A DNA stretch of 63,261 nt, counting the filler, from Phoronis australis (taxonomy: Eukaryota; Animalia; Phoronida), in the NCBI GenBank assembly GCA_002633005.1. It is 5 parts of 5 records of this genome, joined end to end, with 100 filler letters (N's around TTAATTAATTAA, not from the genome) between each part and the next. Parts side by side here need not be neighbours in the genome. Positions count along the whole stretch, not along the records: positions 1 to 20,529 come from NMRA01000624.1; positions 20,630 to 50,711 come from NMRA01000488.1; 3 more parts are not named here. The stretch is one strand, 5' to 3'. The translations under genes were made by a program, and so were the position numbers. Below, in pieces: positions 12,866 to 26,600 of the stretch. How positions within the stretch are numbered: the stretch's first letter is position 1; each line of letters begins with the position of its first letter. Under the pieces are notes generated by a model. It was not told the origin of the DNA. It ran no database searches and worked only from the letters and a program-made list of their open reading frames with translations.

Positions 12866-15800
12866 GTCGCTACCAAGTTGGCCAGAACAATGCGTTCACG
12901 ACTGATATAGAAACCGGTTGGTCTGAGATCGTAATGGACTTCTGGGCGTCTGAGAAACAGTATTATAGCCTTGGCGATAGATGGTCAAGAAAAACGGCGC
13001 ACTATATACTGGTCAGAGCTTAATTATCATACATGTTGCATTCACAGCTCCACGGTATTGCTCACTATCTTGGATGTTCAATATTACAAGAGATTACAAT
13101 GATATCATTCTCCATACCGAGAGCCGACATTTCTGTTGCTTTTCCTTCTGACAAGGATGTCAGATTGTAAAGAACTTTGATTTTCTATGTACCAACTTTA
13201 CCAACTAAGAGCTTTGATTTGTTATGTATCACCTTTACCAACTAAAATGGTGACCTGTTCAAAACGTCGTGTATTCCGTTTACAAAAATACATGTACATT
13301 TCCATGTATAAAGTGCAGACGTCACCGCAACAATGATGCCTCAATATTTCTGTTTACGTCTCTGTTTATTGCGCTCAGATTATCTTACGACATGGATTCA
13401 GCAATTGCTTCATTGTTGACCATTGTACATTTGCATGTATTAGACAGGTTTTACCTCTTTACTGGAGCAGGCTTTTTATCACCCTTTATGAAGCTTGGGC
13501 AGCCGGTGGGAAGGATCACACAAAAATTCTGGATTGGAAGAACGGACCGGCAAGAATTGGGAAGTACGGGGCTGTAAAGGTGCGCTATATTGTGAGAAAT
13601 ATTGTATGCAAATTTTTGTAAGAACTTGCAGTGGATATCAGCTTTTTACTGGAGGCACTGTTGGCAATGGCACAGTAATGTTTTGTACAAGAATCACACC
13701 ATAGTTTTTCAGAACATGTGTCGTACAGACGATCACTGTTTTAAAGAGTTCATGTACTTTGGCAGTTGTATAACTAAATGTTCGTCGTTTGACACCCAAT
13801 AAAACACCGACATTCAGTATTTCGATCTATCATTCAAAATGCAAATCATGGTTAGTGCTGTTCATTTTCGTCCGTACTTGGCATTGTTTCACCCGTCTTC
13901 CCCATGCCAAGGTCCGCTCTTCCAATATAACCCTTGGTATTACACCAATGATTGTACGTGCGCTTCAATAATCAAAGATCTGAATGACTTATATGTAAAA
14001 CTCATAGTAATCAATAAACTATACATGACAAAATACCTTTACATGCAACAAATATTTAACAATGAACAAATTGCTATCATATTGAAATGCAAGTCTGAAA
14101 CCATCCAGTCATCAGTTGTGGAGTTAATCGTACTGCAATTTCTTGATTAAAATATTCTAGAACTTCGAGGACCTCTCTTCCAATTCCAAGAGAACATGAC
14201 ATTTGCGTCCGGTTACAGGTTCTTGCGTTGCGTTGCGTGACACCTGGAGAATACTGTCACCCCAAGCAGATGAGATCTTGAATCTTACCCCACCGTGTTT
14301 GTTAAGGGGAGGATAGAGCACTTTTACATACATGGCTTCTTTACCCCTCTTTCATAGGGTTGTGTATATCATCCGTTGTGAGGGAGAAGGCTCCAAGCAG
14401 TGTTATATCGGGGAAACAGCCGCTAAAAAAAGAGAATGTATTAACATAAAAAGAACCTTGCCATCGGTTTACAATCGCCCCGTTCGTGTGCTCAAAGCTT
14501 CAGTACAGAGAATTTTGAGATTCTGAGTAGAAAAAAAGATCTGGCGCGAAAGAGGTGAAAAAGTAGCCATATACGCCAAAGCGCTCAACCTTTCCCTTAT
14601 TAAGCACGGGAGAAAGCTTCAAGATCTCGTCTGCTTGGTATAACAGAATCCGACAGGTGTCACGCATTGCAAGAACTCGTATCCGGTAGCAGTTGCCATA
14701 TTTCCTGTGAAGCGGAAGGAAGTTCTAAGTCAGTTTAATCTAGTAAGTCCAGTTGAAACGATCCAATTCACGCCACAAAAAATATCATAACGTAGACGCA
14801 TAAATAAAGAATACGATAGTTCATGTCAATGATACGTAACCAAGCCCAATTTCACGCAATATACATTGTATTACTCTTCTTGAAAACTTTACCGAAGTAT
14901 ATTATTGCAGTAGGTAATTAAAATTAAACACATTGTAGATGATTTTTAGGATAAAAGCTGGCAATATATCGTTATTGCTTTAGACCACATTCAGCAACCC
15001 TCTTTTCAGTACGGTCCAGTCTTAGGTGACGACTCTGATCTCGTACAATTACGAGTCGCCAGTTTCCTCCAAGACGAACAGGAACTTAACTCGGGAGTTG
15101 TGATAAGTTTTGCAGCAGTGAATTTTGTACATGTAGATGAAAATTACGTTTTGTTGACGCAATGTCATTTATAACAACTTTCCGAGAACATTTATCTTCG
15201 ATAGATGGTGTCTGCTCAAACTTATAGAGTCGGGTGCGGTGAAGCCATCTGCGAAATCCTTGGTCACATTTATGTGTGTAACTACGCACCCAGGTAAGTA
15301 TATGCCTTTATTCAATAGCTTGGTTTTGTAAATAAGGGTAGTATTATTATATTGTCGTTTGGAGAATGATAGTAATCAATGTCTTTACTTCCAATGAGGA
15401 AAATCTGCTAATTGGTGGAAATTTGCTAAACAATGTAATAACATGTCAAAAGAAATAACACCAGTAAATGTGACATGTCGTTCGTTGAAGTGTTCGTGTT
15501 CAGTTGTCCGGTTAAATGTCAGCCAAGTTGTAAGTGACACTTAAGGTCATGTTGAACACTAAAAAAGCTCCAAATTTGATAGAACATCATATCTCTGAAA
15601 TGGTTGATCGGATAAAAACCAAACTGGAACTTATTGCTTTAATATTGGGTTTACATACTGTGAACTAAGGGCAATAAATTATCTACGTAAGTTATTGTGT
15701 ACTCGAGCATAGAATAATAGACACGTATCTTGATTTCGCCCAAAAGTAGAGTAGAAAATGCCAAACCTAATTTCGAGTTCCCTTTCGAGTAAAAAGATTG

Positions 15801-18800
15801 GAGACTGGGCCCAGGATAGTGATTACTCATCATGACTTCGAGTGTTTCCTCGGCGGAGCGTGTGTATGAGCCATCCTCTTTTTGAATGACATCGAGTCTG
15901 GAGGAGTGATTCTTCTTAAGCAATTGCACCAGCCTTGCAAATGCAGAGAGGCTGATAGTTTGCTGACAGAAATTCCTCCAGGATTTGCGCTTCAGTTTGC
16001 TTGTGTCAGACTTAAACATACGATAGACAAGATGACATGTATCCCAGCACTCGTCAGTGTCAGTCCAAATTGCCGCTCTGTGAGCTTTACGTGCATTACC
16101 CCGAAGTGCTGCTAGTTCTTTGGTCCACCAAATGTGTTGTTTTGGTTTCCCGGTGACCTTAATACAGCGTTTGGGGCAGGAAATATCTAGTGACTTGGTC
16201 ATCTGCCAATTTGTTTACATCAGAACGAGTCCTGATATTTGTTGTTTCTAGAGTAAAAACAGATTTGGGAAACCTTTGAACGATAGAGTTCCCAGTTCAT
16301 CTTATTGATATTCCTATATTCAGTAAATAGTGGAACAACGGAAGTTCCCACTTCAAACTTGATATCTCTGTAGTCAGATAAAGAAGTTGCAGAATCCACT
16401 CTCCAATTAGTTACCACACCAACAGCAGGCAAACTAACCAGAGTATGGTCTATAAATTCCTGCCGGTTTCTGACTACAAATGTGGACTCATGGCCCTTGT
16501 TTCATATTAACAGTTGTGAGCTGACAATGAGCTCTAGAAGTGCCTCACCTCTTGGGTTGGTGTCAGTGATGTGTCACACCTCGTGATGTGAATTGGCATC
16601 ACAACAAATAACCAAACGGATATTTTTGGCTCTGCAGTGATTGGTGATTTGTTGTAGTTTAGATGGGGTGGGTTCTCTGCGGAGTCCCCTGGCAAATAGG
16701 CTGAGACCCACCATACTGTGCATATTAGACCATTTGGTCTTAGTGTATCACAGGACACTGCCACAGTGTCCCTGTCACAAAACTCAGGAAGGATTCTTGA
16801 GGTTATGTCCTTGGATACTGGAATCGCAGCCCTGGGCTTGATGTTGTTACCCATTGAAGCAATATAAGATTTGGCATTCCTAGAAGTGTTCATCATCGCG
16901 CTTCCCCGACAGTACGGCTCTTGTACGAAGGCCATGAATACGCTATTGCGCTCAAGCGTTTGTTGCAGAAGGAATGATGGGTTGTTGGCCCGGTTCAGAT
17001 TTTTCTGCCAGATTTTAACCTTTATGATTCATTTCATCATGTTCAGAATATACCAGTGACTGTCTATCCAGACTCCACATCACTCGTGAGTGGGGTAGGA
17101 GCCAGGGAAGATCTGTCATTGGATTGTACAAGTTCAGAAGCCTCAGCAGCATTCCCTACCTCAGTCGTTTCATCACCCACGTCCATTTCCACTGACTTTG
17201 AGGTGGGCGCACAGTCAGCTTTCATGTCCGAGGTTGACATCCTTTCTGAGGCCTGGACAGAAGCTTTGGCCCCTTTACTGCTTTTGCCCCTAGCTCTAAA
17301 AAGCACACGCCTAGCAAAGCTGCACCAGGGACGAAAATCCATCCCCCGGAGAACCTGCCAAGCGGACTCTTCGAAGGCTAGGACAATGGTAAATCCCTTA
17401 GAGGGATATTTTGACGTAGGTTTGATGGCAGTCATTGACACCACATGAACCTTTGTCATATCCAGGTCATCTTTGCACTCCTTAAAGACCAACAAGAACT
17501 CTTCCTTATTAGAGGCAACTTCCTCTGACATACAGTGTGACAGAAGGCCTTGAACACAGGAGGTAGATCGCCTGGACCCATCACATGGTACCCTGATCTG
17601 TGAGAGTCAGGACCATCAGGACATCAAAGACACTAAGATCTTTCTTAGCCACGCTAGCATAAGGGAATTTATCCACTTTAGCCACTTTGGTGGGTGGTTT
17701 TGAGGATGTCCCAGGAGTCGAGCTGTCAGTCTTAGGGCGATTAACACCCTGCTGAACATCAATTTCTAAGTTTTCAAGCTTCTTCTAAACCGCCTGGCGA
17801 GCCTGCTTTGTCTTCTGCCTAGCAGCAGCAGAGAGACGGTGGGAGCTGCCATCAGGCCCAGTTGAAGTCTTTCCGCCACCATTCGCTCTGTGAGGAGTGT
17901 CCGGGGCAGGTTTGTGGTTCGCGTCAGCAGCCGCCCTAGCCGCTTTCACAAGCTTGGTAATCTCACATTCCAGTGATTTCTCAGAGCAAGCGTCCACAGT
18001 AGGGGGTGCTTCCACTTGCCTTATAGAAACTCCTAGGGAGGAGTCTTAGAGGCGGACGTCCGGATCGGATTCATAATGAAAACCTTTTAGTTCCCATGCG
18101 CTGCTGTCCAAAATGTTGTTATGAATGGTTTTTAATGCCTTTCATGAGGATATATCTGAATAAATATATCAAAATAAAATGAATAGTGATTTTTTGAAAA
18201 AGCCTTAAAAATTGCACGAAACGAAAATTAATCAATAATTTAAAAAAATCTAACAGCCCCATTAAAAAAACTGGTCGATATGGTTGTTTTGCTATCATTG
18301 TACCTCGAGTTCGTTTTTGTTAAATTTTACCAAAACGGCATCGTCAGGTGACCCATACATGTACTTGTTAACAGATCAGTAAAAAAGTCATGAATCAATA
18401 TATAAGATTTTTACTTTCATAAAATATAATCTTACTGAACTAAAGTCTGGAGTTTTATAGGCATTTGACTAATTGCGCATACATGTACCTCTCACTAAGT
18501 CCAACATAACCTTACATTGAGTTCGTTGATTGCAGTTATTTCTCTGAATATCCTTACAAGCGCGGGACTTTGGGAGAAGCTTGTCCAGCCACAATTGACA
18601 GAGACAGGCTTTGTGGTAAGTGTTACGTCATCAGTATTTGTGTTTTGTCGTTATGCCATTTGCTCTAAACCAAACCGAGAAAGTGAATTCAACCTTCACA
18701 GTCAATGAATATTAAACCTCCTGTTTCGTTTTGTTTCATATTATTTTATTTCGTTATCAGATTGCAGAGGAAAGGTTTGTTACAATGGCGGCATCATTGA

Positions 18801-18871
18801 CCCAAACACATGCCAGTGCAAATGTAAAGGTTCGTCAACTCTGAATTACAAGCCGGAGAACAACTGCAAGT
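12866..18871 (+). CDS. CAP/SCP (CRISP) family cysteine-rich secretory protein with EGF-like C-terminal module, Mr30/Tex31-like; partial, 4 exons
   Basis: Exons 12866-13011 (RYQVGQN..W..FWASEKQYY..TAHYIL), 15205-15293 (MVSAQTYRVGCGEAICEILGHIYVCNYAP), 18536-18615 (YPYKRGTLGEACP..LC) and 18761-18871 (DCRGKVCYNGGIIDPNTCQCKC..NCK). Phases are compatible. CAP1/CAP2 motifs, hinge and EGF-like cysteine pattern are present. The N-terminal core exons were not found. Confidence 0.85.
14155..14760 (+). mobile_element. Penelope-like retroelement 3' fragment (GIY-YIG endonuclease remnant) with inverted pseudo-LTR
   Basis: 14332-14650 translates as VVYIIRC..CYIGET..FEIL..WRERG.KVAIYAK. 14155-14325 is a diverged reverse complement of ~14578-14727. 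Confidence 0.75.
15810..18095 (-). mobile_element. Degenerate non-LTR retrotransposon (LOA/R1-like): ORF1 plus apurinic endonuclease region, RT absent
   Basis: ORF1 remnants 18074-17064. ORF2 remnants KIWQKNLN..MAFVQEPY..VSAYLP..IDHTL..NWRV..LSDYRDIKF..WWTKELAALR..SWRNFC, broken by frameshifts and stops. Lies within an intron of the CAP gene. Confidence 0.85.
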
Positions 18872-20529
18872 GTAAGTTATCAGCAGTTCAGTGCCAGGCC
18901 TTTTCTCTCGTGCTCATCATTTCCGTGTAAAAGTCAAATGCATTCAAACGATTATTATGTGCACGTACAATGTTTGTACTAACACGAACTTCATCTGGAA
19001 AATTAACTACTGCATGTGCCATCAACCAATACCAATATTTGACTACTGGAGTTCACTTCAAAATTTGCATAATATCGTTTAACCCGTATTCTGTTCGCGG
19101 GCAACTGAGGACCTTATGAACGAGACAAGATTTGGTTGCCTGATAAAATATTTGAGGGGCTGCACGGCGCCTGAAATCACCCATGCCAGACAAGTTCGAC
19201 TGGACAAAGATATACCGGAAACACCACCCCCCCTTCCCTTAACTGGCCAGCCAAAACACTCCATATAACACGTAAATAAATGTACAGTTCACTAATATAT
19301 TACCATGCCAGCGCCAATACAGACACCGACAATCATCAAATCCACTGCATGCTGCTGGAAGTTTCAACTAGGTCAGTAGATGTTCGATATACTTGCCAAC
19401 CTAATTATTAACAATTAAGTTGCGTCACAGTGTATACGGAATGACACATACCAGAAAAATGCAATCTAGAAAAGACCCTCCAGAAACACAAAATGGATCG
19501 TCTAAATTTAAACATAGGGTGCCACAAAGCATGTTGACATGATTCGGAGCATGATGATGATTACTAAACGACTGATACCAATAAAATACCCACTGTAATC
19601 GGCATGTTAATAGTTTGCCACTCTCAATGTTCCAGTTAAGTTACATGATTATTTCAAAGCAACAGTTGCAACACACTGAGAGTGAATTTATCGATGTCAT
19701 CAAAATCAGGAAACGGTCAACGAAGCCCACTGACAATGAGCTCGTAGCAAAGCCTGCATTACGCGGGGTGGTTTGAATTTCGAAAACAATGGACATTTTG
19801 ATCATATTTCGCAAACGTAGACAATTTTATCGGTATCGTCCTTACGCAGCTCAACCCGGCAGAATTGAAATCCGTATACACGACGATGACTCTGAGGCTC
19901 CATTTTCTTGAGATGAAACGGAATTCGTAGGCCTACATCCAGAAATGAGGATGCCATGACGGTTACTCGCAGGAAACGGGACCCAAATTGTTTGTATTTG
20001 TGGTCCACAAAATTCTGTTTCGTAAGTACTGAGCATCATCATCCCCCTACTTTTGGACCAGTGCGTGCTTTTTAAAAATGAGTGACTATACTCCATCACA
20101 TACTAGGACGGAAACATTTAGTCAGAGAATTACTAGAAAAAAGTTTTGTCAGGTTCGCCTACTAAAGTTGCTCATTGCATTGGAAACATAACGGAGTTGT
20201 CGTGAGGACTCGATTGGGACCTCAGGGGTCTCACGCTCCACTGGCTAATTTGAAAAGGCTTTGTCCAGTCACGCGTTGTGGGTCATAAATCGAGATAATG
20301 ATACCAACAGCTGACGCGACAAACAGAACTACTTTCTTTTACTTCATTTGTGCACTAACTGGAGAAATTTAGAATTAGACTTTTAAACACTATCCGATCG
20401 TCAACATTTTTCGGGAGACTTAAATCTCAATGTAGTTTGCGCAAAGACGATGTGCAATTTTTGGAGGTGTATTGACGATGATCAACGTTAAAACGGAGAG
20501 CAAATAAGTGCGTAATTGATCATCCAATC

Positions 20530-20629
20530 NNNNNNNNNNNNNNNNNNNNNNNNNNNNNNNNNNNNNNNNNNNNTTAATTAATTAANNNNNNNNNNNNNNN
20601 NNNNNNNNNNNNNNNNNNNNNNNNNNNNN
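20530..20629. other. Assembly spacer (44N-TTAATTAATTAA-44N); identical spacers at 50712-50811, 54739-54838, 59694-59793
   Basis: Identical 100-nt construct four times. The palindromic 12-mer places stops in all six frames. Confidence 0.97.
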
Positions 20630-23600
20630 TACCAGAAATTGAAATCAACGAATGACCAACTGTTACATACGCTTGAGTTGGCACAGCAGGAGGTGGACGC
20701 ACTCAATCTGAAGACACAGAATTTGGAAGAGGTATGTCAGAATTTGAATTTGAAATCAAAATTGAACATGACTCCTTGAAATATATTGGTGTCCCAAAAT
20801 AGCTTTGAGCCTGGGATACGCATTACGCATTCTTACTTGTCATCAAAACCTTAAAGGGGCTAATTCCACTATATATTGGGCACTTTTTGGAAGTGTGACG
20901 TTGAACCCTTGAGCAATCTTAACTGAGTGGTGAAGTGTGCACGATACAGTGGTATGTCTCACCACGTGTTTCGATGTTATCATAGAAAGATTAATACATA
21001 ATTACTGGACAAGTTTAACGTAAACTTACATTAGATTAGAACACAGTATGGCAGAACAGTAATTTCCTACAAGAGTAAACAAGAAGACAATTTTACTCGA
21101 CCAGAAATCATTATAAAGTTTATTCGAATTTTCTTACAGCTGCATTTTGCCCATGTAACTATTACTGTTGAACTCTTAACCAAAGTACTTTGGGGTTTAA
21201 AAACTTTTACACATCATCCGATTATCAGTTATTGCCAAACGAGCTAGCAACACAAATCACAGCAATGCATGCGTGCGCAATTTTCGAATCTGCAATTTTA
21301 GGCTTGGCCAACCTCAATAAACTTTGAAACGTATTAGTGAGTCGCTGATGGTTTGGATGTTCTTGATGGCAAATAGAATCCTATCACGATAAGGAATGTT
21401 ATGAGAGCGATTTTACGATGGTAAAAGGCCTTGTGATTTTCTCGTTTTACATAAATGGTGAAATGTAGCTTCAAGTTGTCTGCTCTCTTCCTGCTAGGAG
21501 CTGTCCATGTCTCAGGTGAAGCAGGAGGCTGTCAGACTGTATCAACAGATCAATGAGTTAGAGATGAAACGCGATGGTCTGATCGAGGAGACCCAATCAC
21601 GGGGGACTCCCCAGGAAGAGCGGGAGAAACTATTGAAGCAAGTTAAGGAGGACAATCAGGAGATTGCCAGCATGGAGAAACAGTAAGTGGGTGGATAGTG
21701 ATAGGGACAGTCAATGTTGTTGTCAGCTTGTTGTGATGAGTATGAGCTTGTTTGGATAAAAACTCGACTTGAAAAGTAAGTCCTTATTCATTCAGGAAAT
21801 TAGTAATCAAAGAGGAAGGAAGTTAAATCTGTTCCAAAGGACTACGATACTTTAAAAAATAGAGTCAGAGGGGGCAGGATTGCTCTGTCTACTGCTTGGA
21901 ATGCTAGTATTGATCAAATCTCACAAGAGCACAGCGGGAAGCTCCGCCCGTCCCGTCATTCTAGTGACTGCACCATTCCTCAAGAAGGGAATGCGATGTT
22001 TCCGAGGGCTTGAGGAGTTATAGTCAGTACCTTACTTCATTTGAACAGAGTTAATTTCGTTTCTCTTTGATTGAAAACAAAACAGTGTTTCAGTTGTGAC
22101 GTGGTCCGCCATTTTAGGTTGAGAATGGTGAACAATTCATGAATGTTTTCAGCGGAATGTGTGGTGTCTGAGATTAATTAAATGTACTGGCTTCTGCTGG
22201 AAGCTGTATGGTAGGTGGAGCAAATAATGATTATGATAGAAATAATAATAATAATAATAATGATTATAATAATAGTAATAAAGTTTATTTTAAATTTAGA
22301 GGATAAAATGCAATAGATTTTAAAAACATGCTTTAGCCAAAGGCTAATATACAGCATGGTCCTCTCACAGCAGTAAGTAATGATAGAAATACAGATATAT
22401 CAGAGATAGTATAAGGAAACAAGTGGGGGAAGTGGATGAAAATTGAATTCATGTATTCATTATATTATTCTGTTAAAACACAAATTGTTTATACTAAGGA
22501 TTAATTGCATTGAAAGTTGTAATTGGATTCTTTAACCGTATGAAAATATTCAGATGTCTCTATTTCAATAGTTAACGTTTCTATGATAAAATGAAAATGC
22601 TGAAATAGAGTGAAGTTGTGAGTTGTAATTTGAACATATCTTTGATTTTGTGCAGTTTAAACGAGATCCGTGACAAGTGCAACCAGTACCAGGAAGAATT
22701 ACGCAATCTGGACATGGACATTGAAGAGAATCAGGGGGAGAAAAATCAGAAGTATAAAGAGCTGAAGAAGAGGGAAGAGACCATGAATGGTGAGTGGTTG
22801 TTGAAGTACTTGAAAAATTCAAATTCATAGACACCTTCCATAAATGTTTTACCCAGTGTTCTTAGCGGATCTTTTTGACTACTTGTCTCTTTTGTCAATG
22901 TCCGAAAATTGTTTTACCAATGTTCCACAAATTGAGTTTATCCATTGAATTAAGTTGTGCAGGCCCACGCCAAGTGTTCTTGATACAACCTCATTTAGCT
23001 GGATTTACTCTCTAGAATTCCTGGATGCATTTGATGAAACCAAGGCACAAGAGCTGGAGAACATCTCTCAAATGGAGGCCAACATTGTGGCCATACTGGA
23101 ACACACTAGTCGGGTAGGTACAGTGGCGTAGTTCTTTGTAGTCAGTTGACTAAGGTTCTAGATAACAAATTTGTGGGACTGATTCCTTTCGTTGTGAGGC
23201 GCTGTTTCTAGAACTGTGTCAGTGTTATATGTAAAGAGACCAATTGGTCCCAATATTGAAGGTCTGTGACATTTTTGCATCAATTTATTGTTTTTCTAAT
23301 TTAGTACTGCTGTTAACATATCACATAAATGCTGGTTCAGTGGTACCTTGTTCTCTGTTTAGTAGATATGTACAAGAACCACCTGCACCAACCAACGGCA
23401 TTATCACGGATGCTAATCTAAGTCCCTATTGTGTGAAGCAGAGAATCACATCATAGAAACTCCTGTGTATTAGTGTGTGTTGGGCTGGATAAAAGATTAC
23501 CGGACGTAGTTAATATTCAAAAACTGCTCTCTGACTGCAGTTGAAACTAAACGTGAGATTTTTGTAATAATCCGTTTTCCATGCAGCATCTGTTCACCGT

Positions 23601-26600
23601 TAAGTTTGACCTACTTGTTTGGGTCGATTATATTTCTGTTTTATTGCAGCTGTTTTATTGGGCATTCATAACTGAGTATTAATTCTAAATATTCACAGAA
23701 TATGGCTCGTTTCCAACATCTTCCCTCACCTGAGGAGCTGGCTACAATGAAGGACGATCTGCAGTTTAAGGCAAATGAGATGAAAAAATCTGAAGCCACA
23801 GCATCGGGCCTGGCCGGAGGTGAGCAGTGGGAATTATTATCTTATTTTCTCTTTGATAATCTGTGGCTTGCCACATTGGCCATCAGTATCTGTGTGAAAC
23901 CATGGATTACATTGGCACTAAATTCACCAAGCTTAAGCCATAATAATCCTTACTCGCAAGATTGTTTGAGTTAAAATATAAGCAACCTTATTCAAGCTTG
24001 GGCAGTTTTAAGCTTGGTCGATAATATTTAAGATTTCCTGTTTGTATTATTATTTTAATTTTTTTGCCTTATAGTCATTCCAGTTCCACTTTCAATTGGA
24101 AGCTTCCTTTAAATGCCATAGAAAAATGAGTTGATAATGAACGATAATAATTTGACAATTATAATAAGAGCACTAAAAATAAATAATGGTATTGATGATG
24201 ATGATAGTTGCAGGAAAGTGATAATGTTGTTGATAATCATGGTAATTGTGTCTTCAACAGAATCCGACAAGCTGCGTCAGGATTTGGAGAAGGTCGAACA
24301 GCTAGAGTCTAAGATCACTGGTGAACTGGACGCTTTGAAATTGAAAATAGACACAATGGAGCGTGAACTTGTCACTTATAATGATCTGGATGCTCTAAAG
24401 GCCAATGCTGATGCCAAAAAAGAGGTGATTTGACTTTTGTATTGCTTCTTTGTTATTTGATTTGTTGCCGTGTTGTTTTCTCTGTGGCATTTTTTATGGT
24501 GGGTTTGCCTTTTTGCATGGAAACTACAATTTGCAATAAATGATATTTAGCCCACGAAGCACTATAATATCTGGGCAACACCTTGACAGGAATTTTTTTG
24601 TGTCCACTTTCGGCACACTGTAAACTGAATAAAACTATGTGATGCTATGATCGTCTTTGTCAAGCGGCTTTCAGAGAAACTAACAGAGATGTATGTCCAT
24701 GAGATGTTAGCTATGCTTTGACATGATCTAATTTTCTCGAGTAGTCATGCGCGTGTATAAGTGTGGTAGTTCGGTTCTGCTTCTGACAATATTTCCTCTG
24801 TATTAGATCCTGTGGAACTGTCCCAAAAACCTGAAATTGGCCTGGAAATTGTTTCGTTTTGCATTTTTGTAGATGTTTTGTTTTGTCAACGAATTATTAA
24901 TAATAATAATAATTGTAGAAACTGAAAGAGGAGCGTGTGTCCCTGCAGAAGAGACGCGACACATTCAAAAAGGAGATGCAAACCTTGACCCAACAGTATG
25001 AAGCCCTCAAGGCACAACTGAATGATAATGAAACATATGCACAGGTGACCATTACATTAGTATTGCAAAACAATGCAACAGTTTCCATAGTTACGCAAGG
25101 AGTCTGCTTCGTGAAAAGTGTCTTAAAACAGAAATTCCGTCTTCAATAGACTCCATCTAACTATTTCTGAAAAATAGCGTAATTAAAACTCACTTTTGCG
25201 AAAGAACTAAGTATCTGAGAATATACAAATAACTACTACTTAATGAGAAATTTGTACATATAATTTCCAACCAGCTATGTGCTTATGACACGACTACACC
25301 TTTTTTGATTATTGTAAAGTGGGAGCGTAAAACCAAATTTCTATTTTAAGTCTTAAGTCAAATTCATGAAGCAGACCCAGGGTGTATATTGTCAAGTCCT
25401 TTACAGTTAATCTCTAGAAGTCTTTGTGCATCAGTTAAAATATGAACTTCTTTTATGAATGACTGCTGTGTGTTGATATGTGGCAGTTGTTCGTTTTTTC
25501 TCCCTCGTTAAGACTGGAACAAATCTTGGTGAGGAAAAGGTGTCACCTCGGGAAATCTGCTTAGGGTCTCACTGGGGAGCAGATTCGTAATTCTTCACCA
25601 AATTTACACACAAAATGGCAGATACGTGAAATTTTATTTTTGTCAATTTCTCAACAAAAATTATGATTAAACATGTAAGTCAGATATTAGCTTGGTTTAT
25701 AGCGGGTTGATGTCATATTTTGATTAAGGTTCCGTTATTTGCAACTTGGTAATCAGCCTTTGAAAAATAGAAACATGAAAGTTTTGAAAATTAATTTGTA
25801 CAGAATTAGGGAAGAATTGACTTATCGCAAGCTCTGCCCCCTTGCAAAATATGGACAGACAAGCAATAAGTTTTATTCGACAACGTGTTGTTTGTCAGGT
25901 AAAATGACGGCTTGGAAATGGAGGTGTGTCAAGAATGCTGCGTTCTGATTGGTCAGTTAAGCCGTCACTCACAATCCTGGCGATAGATCAATTATCATAG
26001 CTTGACCAGAGGGGAGGATTGAACTGGTGACCTCATATTTTTGTATCTAATGCTGTGTATTACAGAGCATTGGTAACATATTTATAATTGCGAAGCAGTT
26101 ACTGAATTTTATGCCAAAAATCGCAGTTTATTCTTTTTGTGATAAAATCTGTAACTATGAAGTTTTTTTTTTTATTTTCAGCTTGGAAATCTGGAGAGAA
26201 AATGGCAGCACCACGAACAAAACAATTTCGTCATGAAAGAATGTATCCTTTATGACAGGTTTACTATCGCACTATCAGCTGAAAGCACAATAGGTGTGCA
26301 AAATCATTCAGCAAAATGAGAATTTAGTTTTTAATTCCTTTCAATTGTGCACTGGTTGGAATTTCAATTAATTTGGTATGTTTTCACCTTTTAAAACGTT
26401 TCTCTAAATTGTGGAAAAGCTCTTTGACTTTAAGATGGATGCCACATTGGCTTTACTCCTCGATGCATTATAGATTAGAGTCTGTGAAGAATCCAGTCAG
26501 TAGCTAGGCTTTTAATTGCAGGCCAGGCCTCTAAATTCAGTTGTTGAACTCTAAAACCACACTAACCGTAGACCAGATACTGCTGCATGTGAAGCTACTC

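Noticed and set aside
20530-20629. TTAATTAATTAA palindrome embedded in N runs, four times
   Set aside because: Artificial six-frame-stop spacer, not biology. Adjacency across spacers is not guaranteed; for example, the IFT74 5' exons are absent from the preceding contig.
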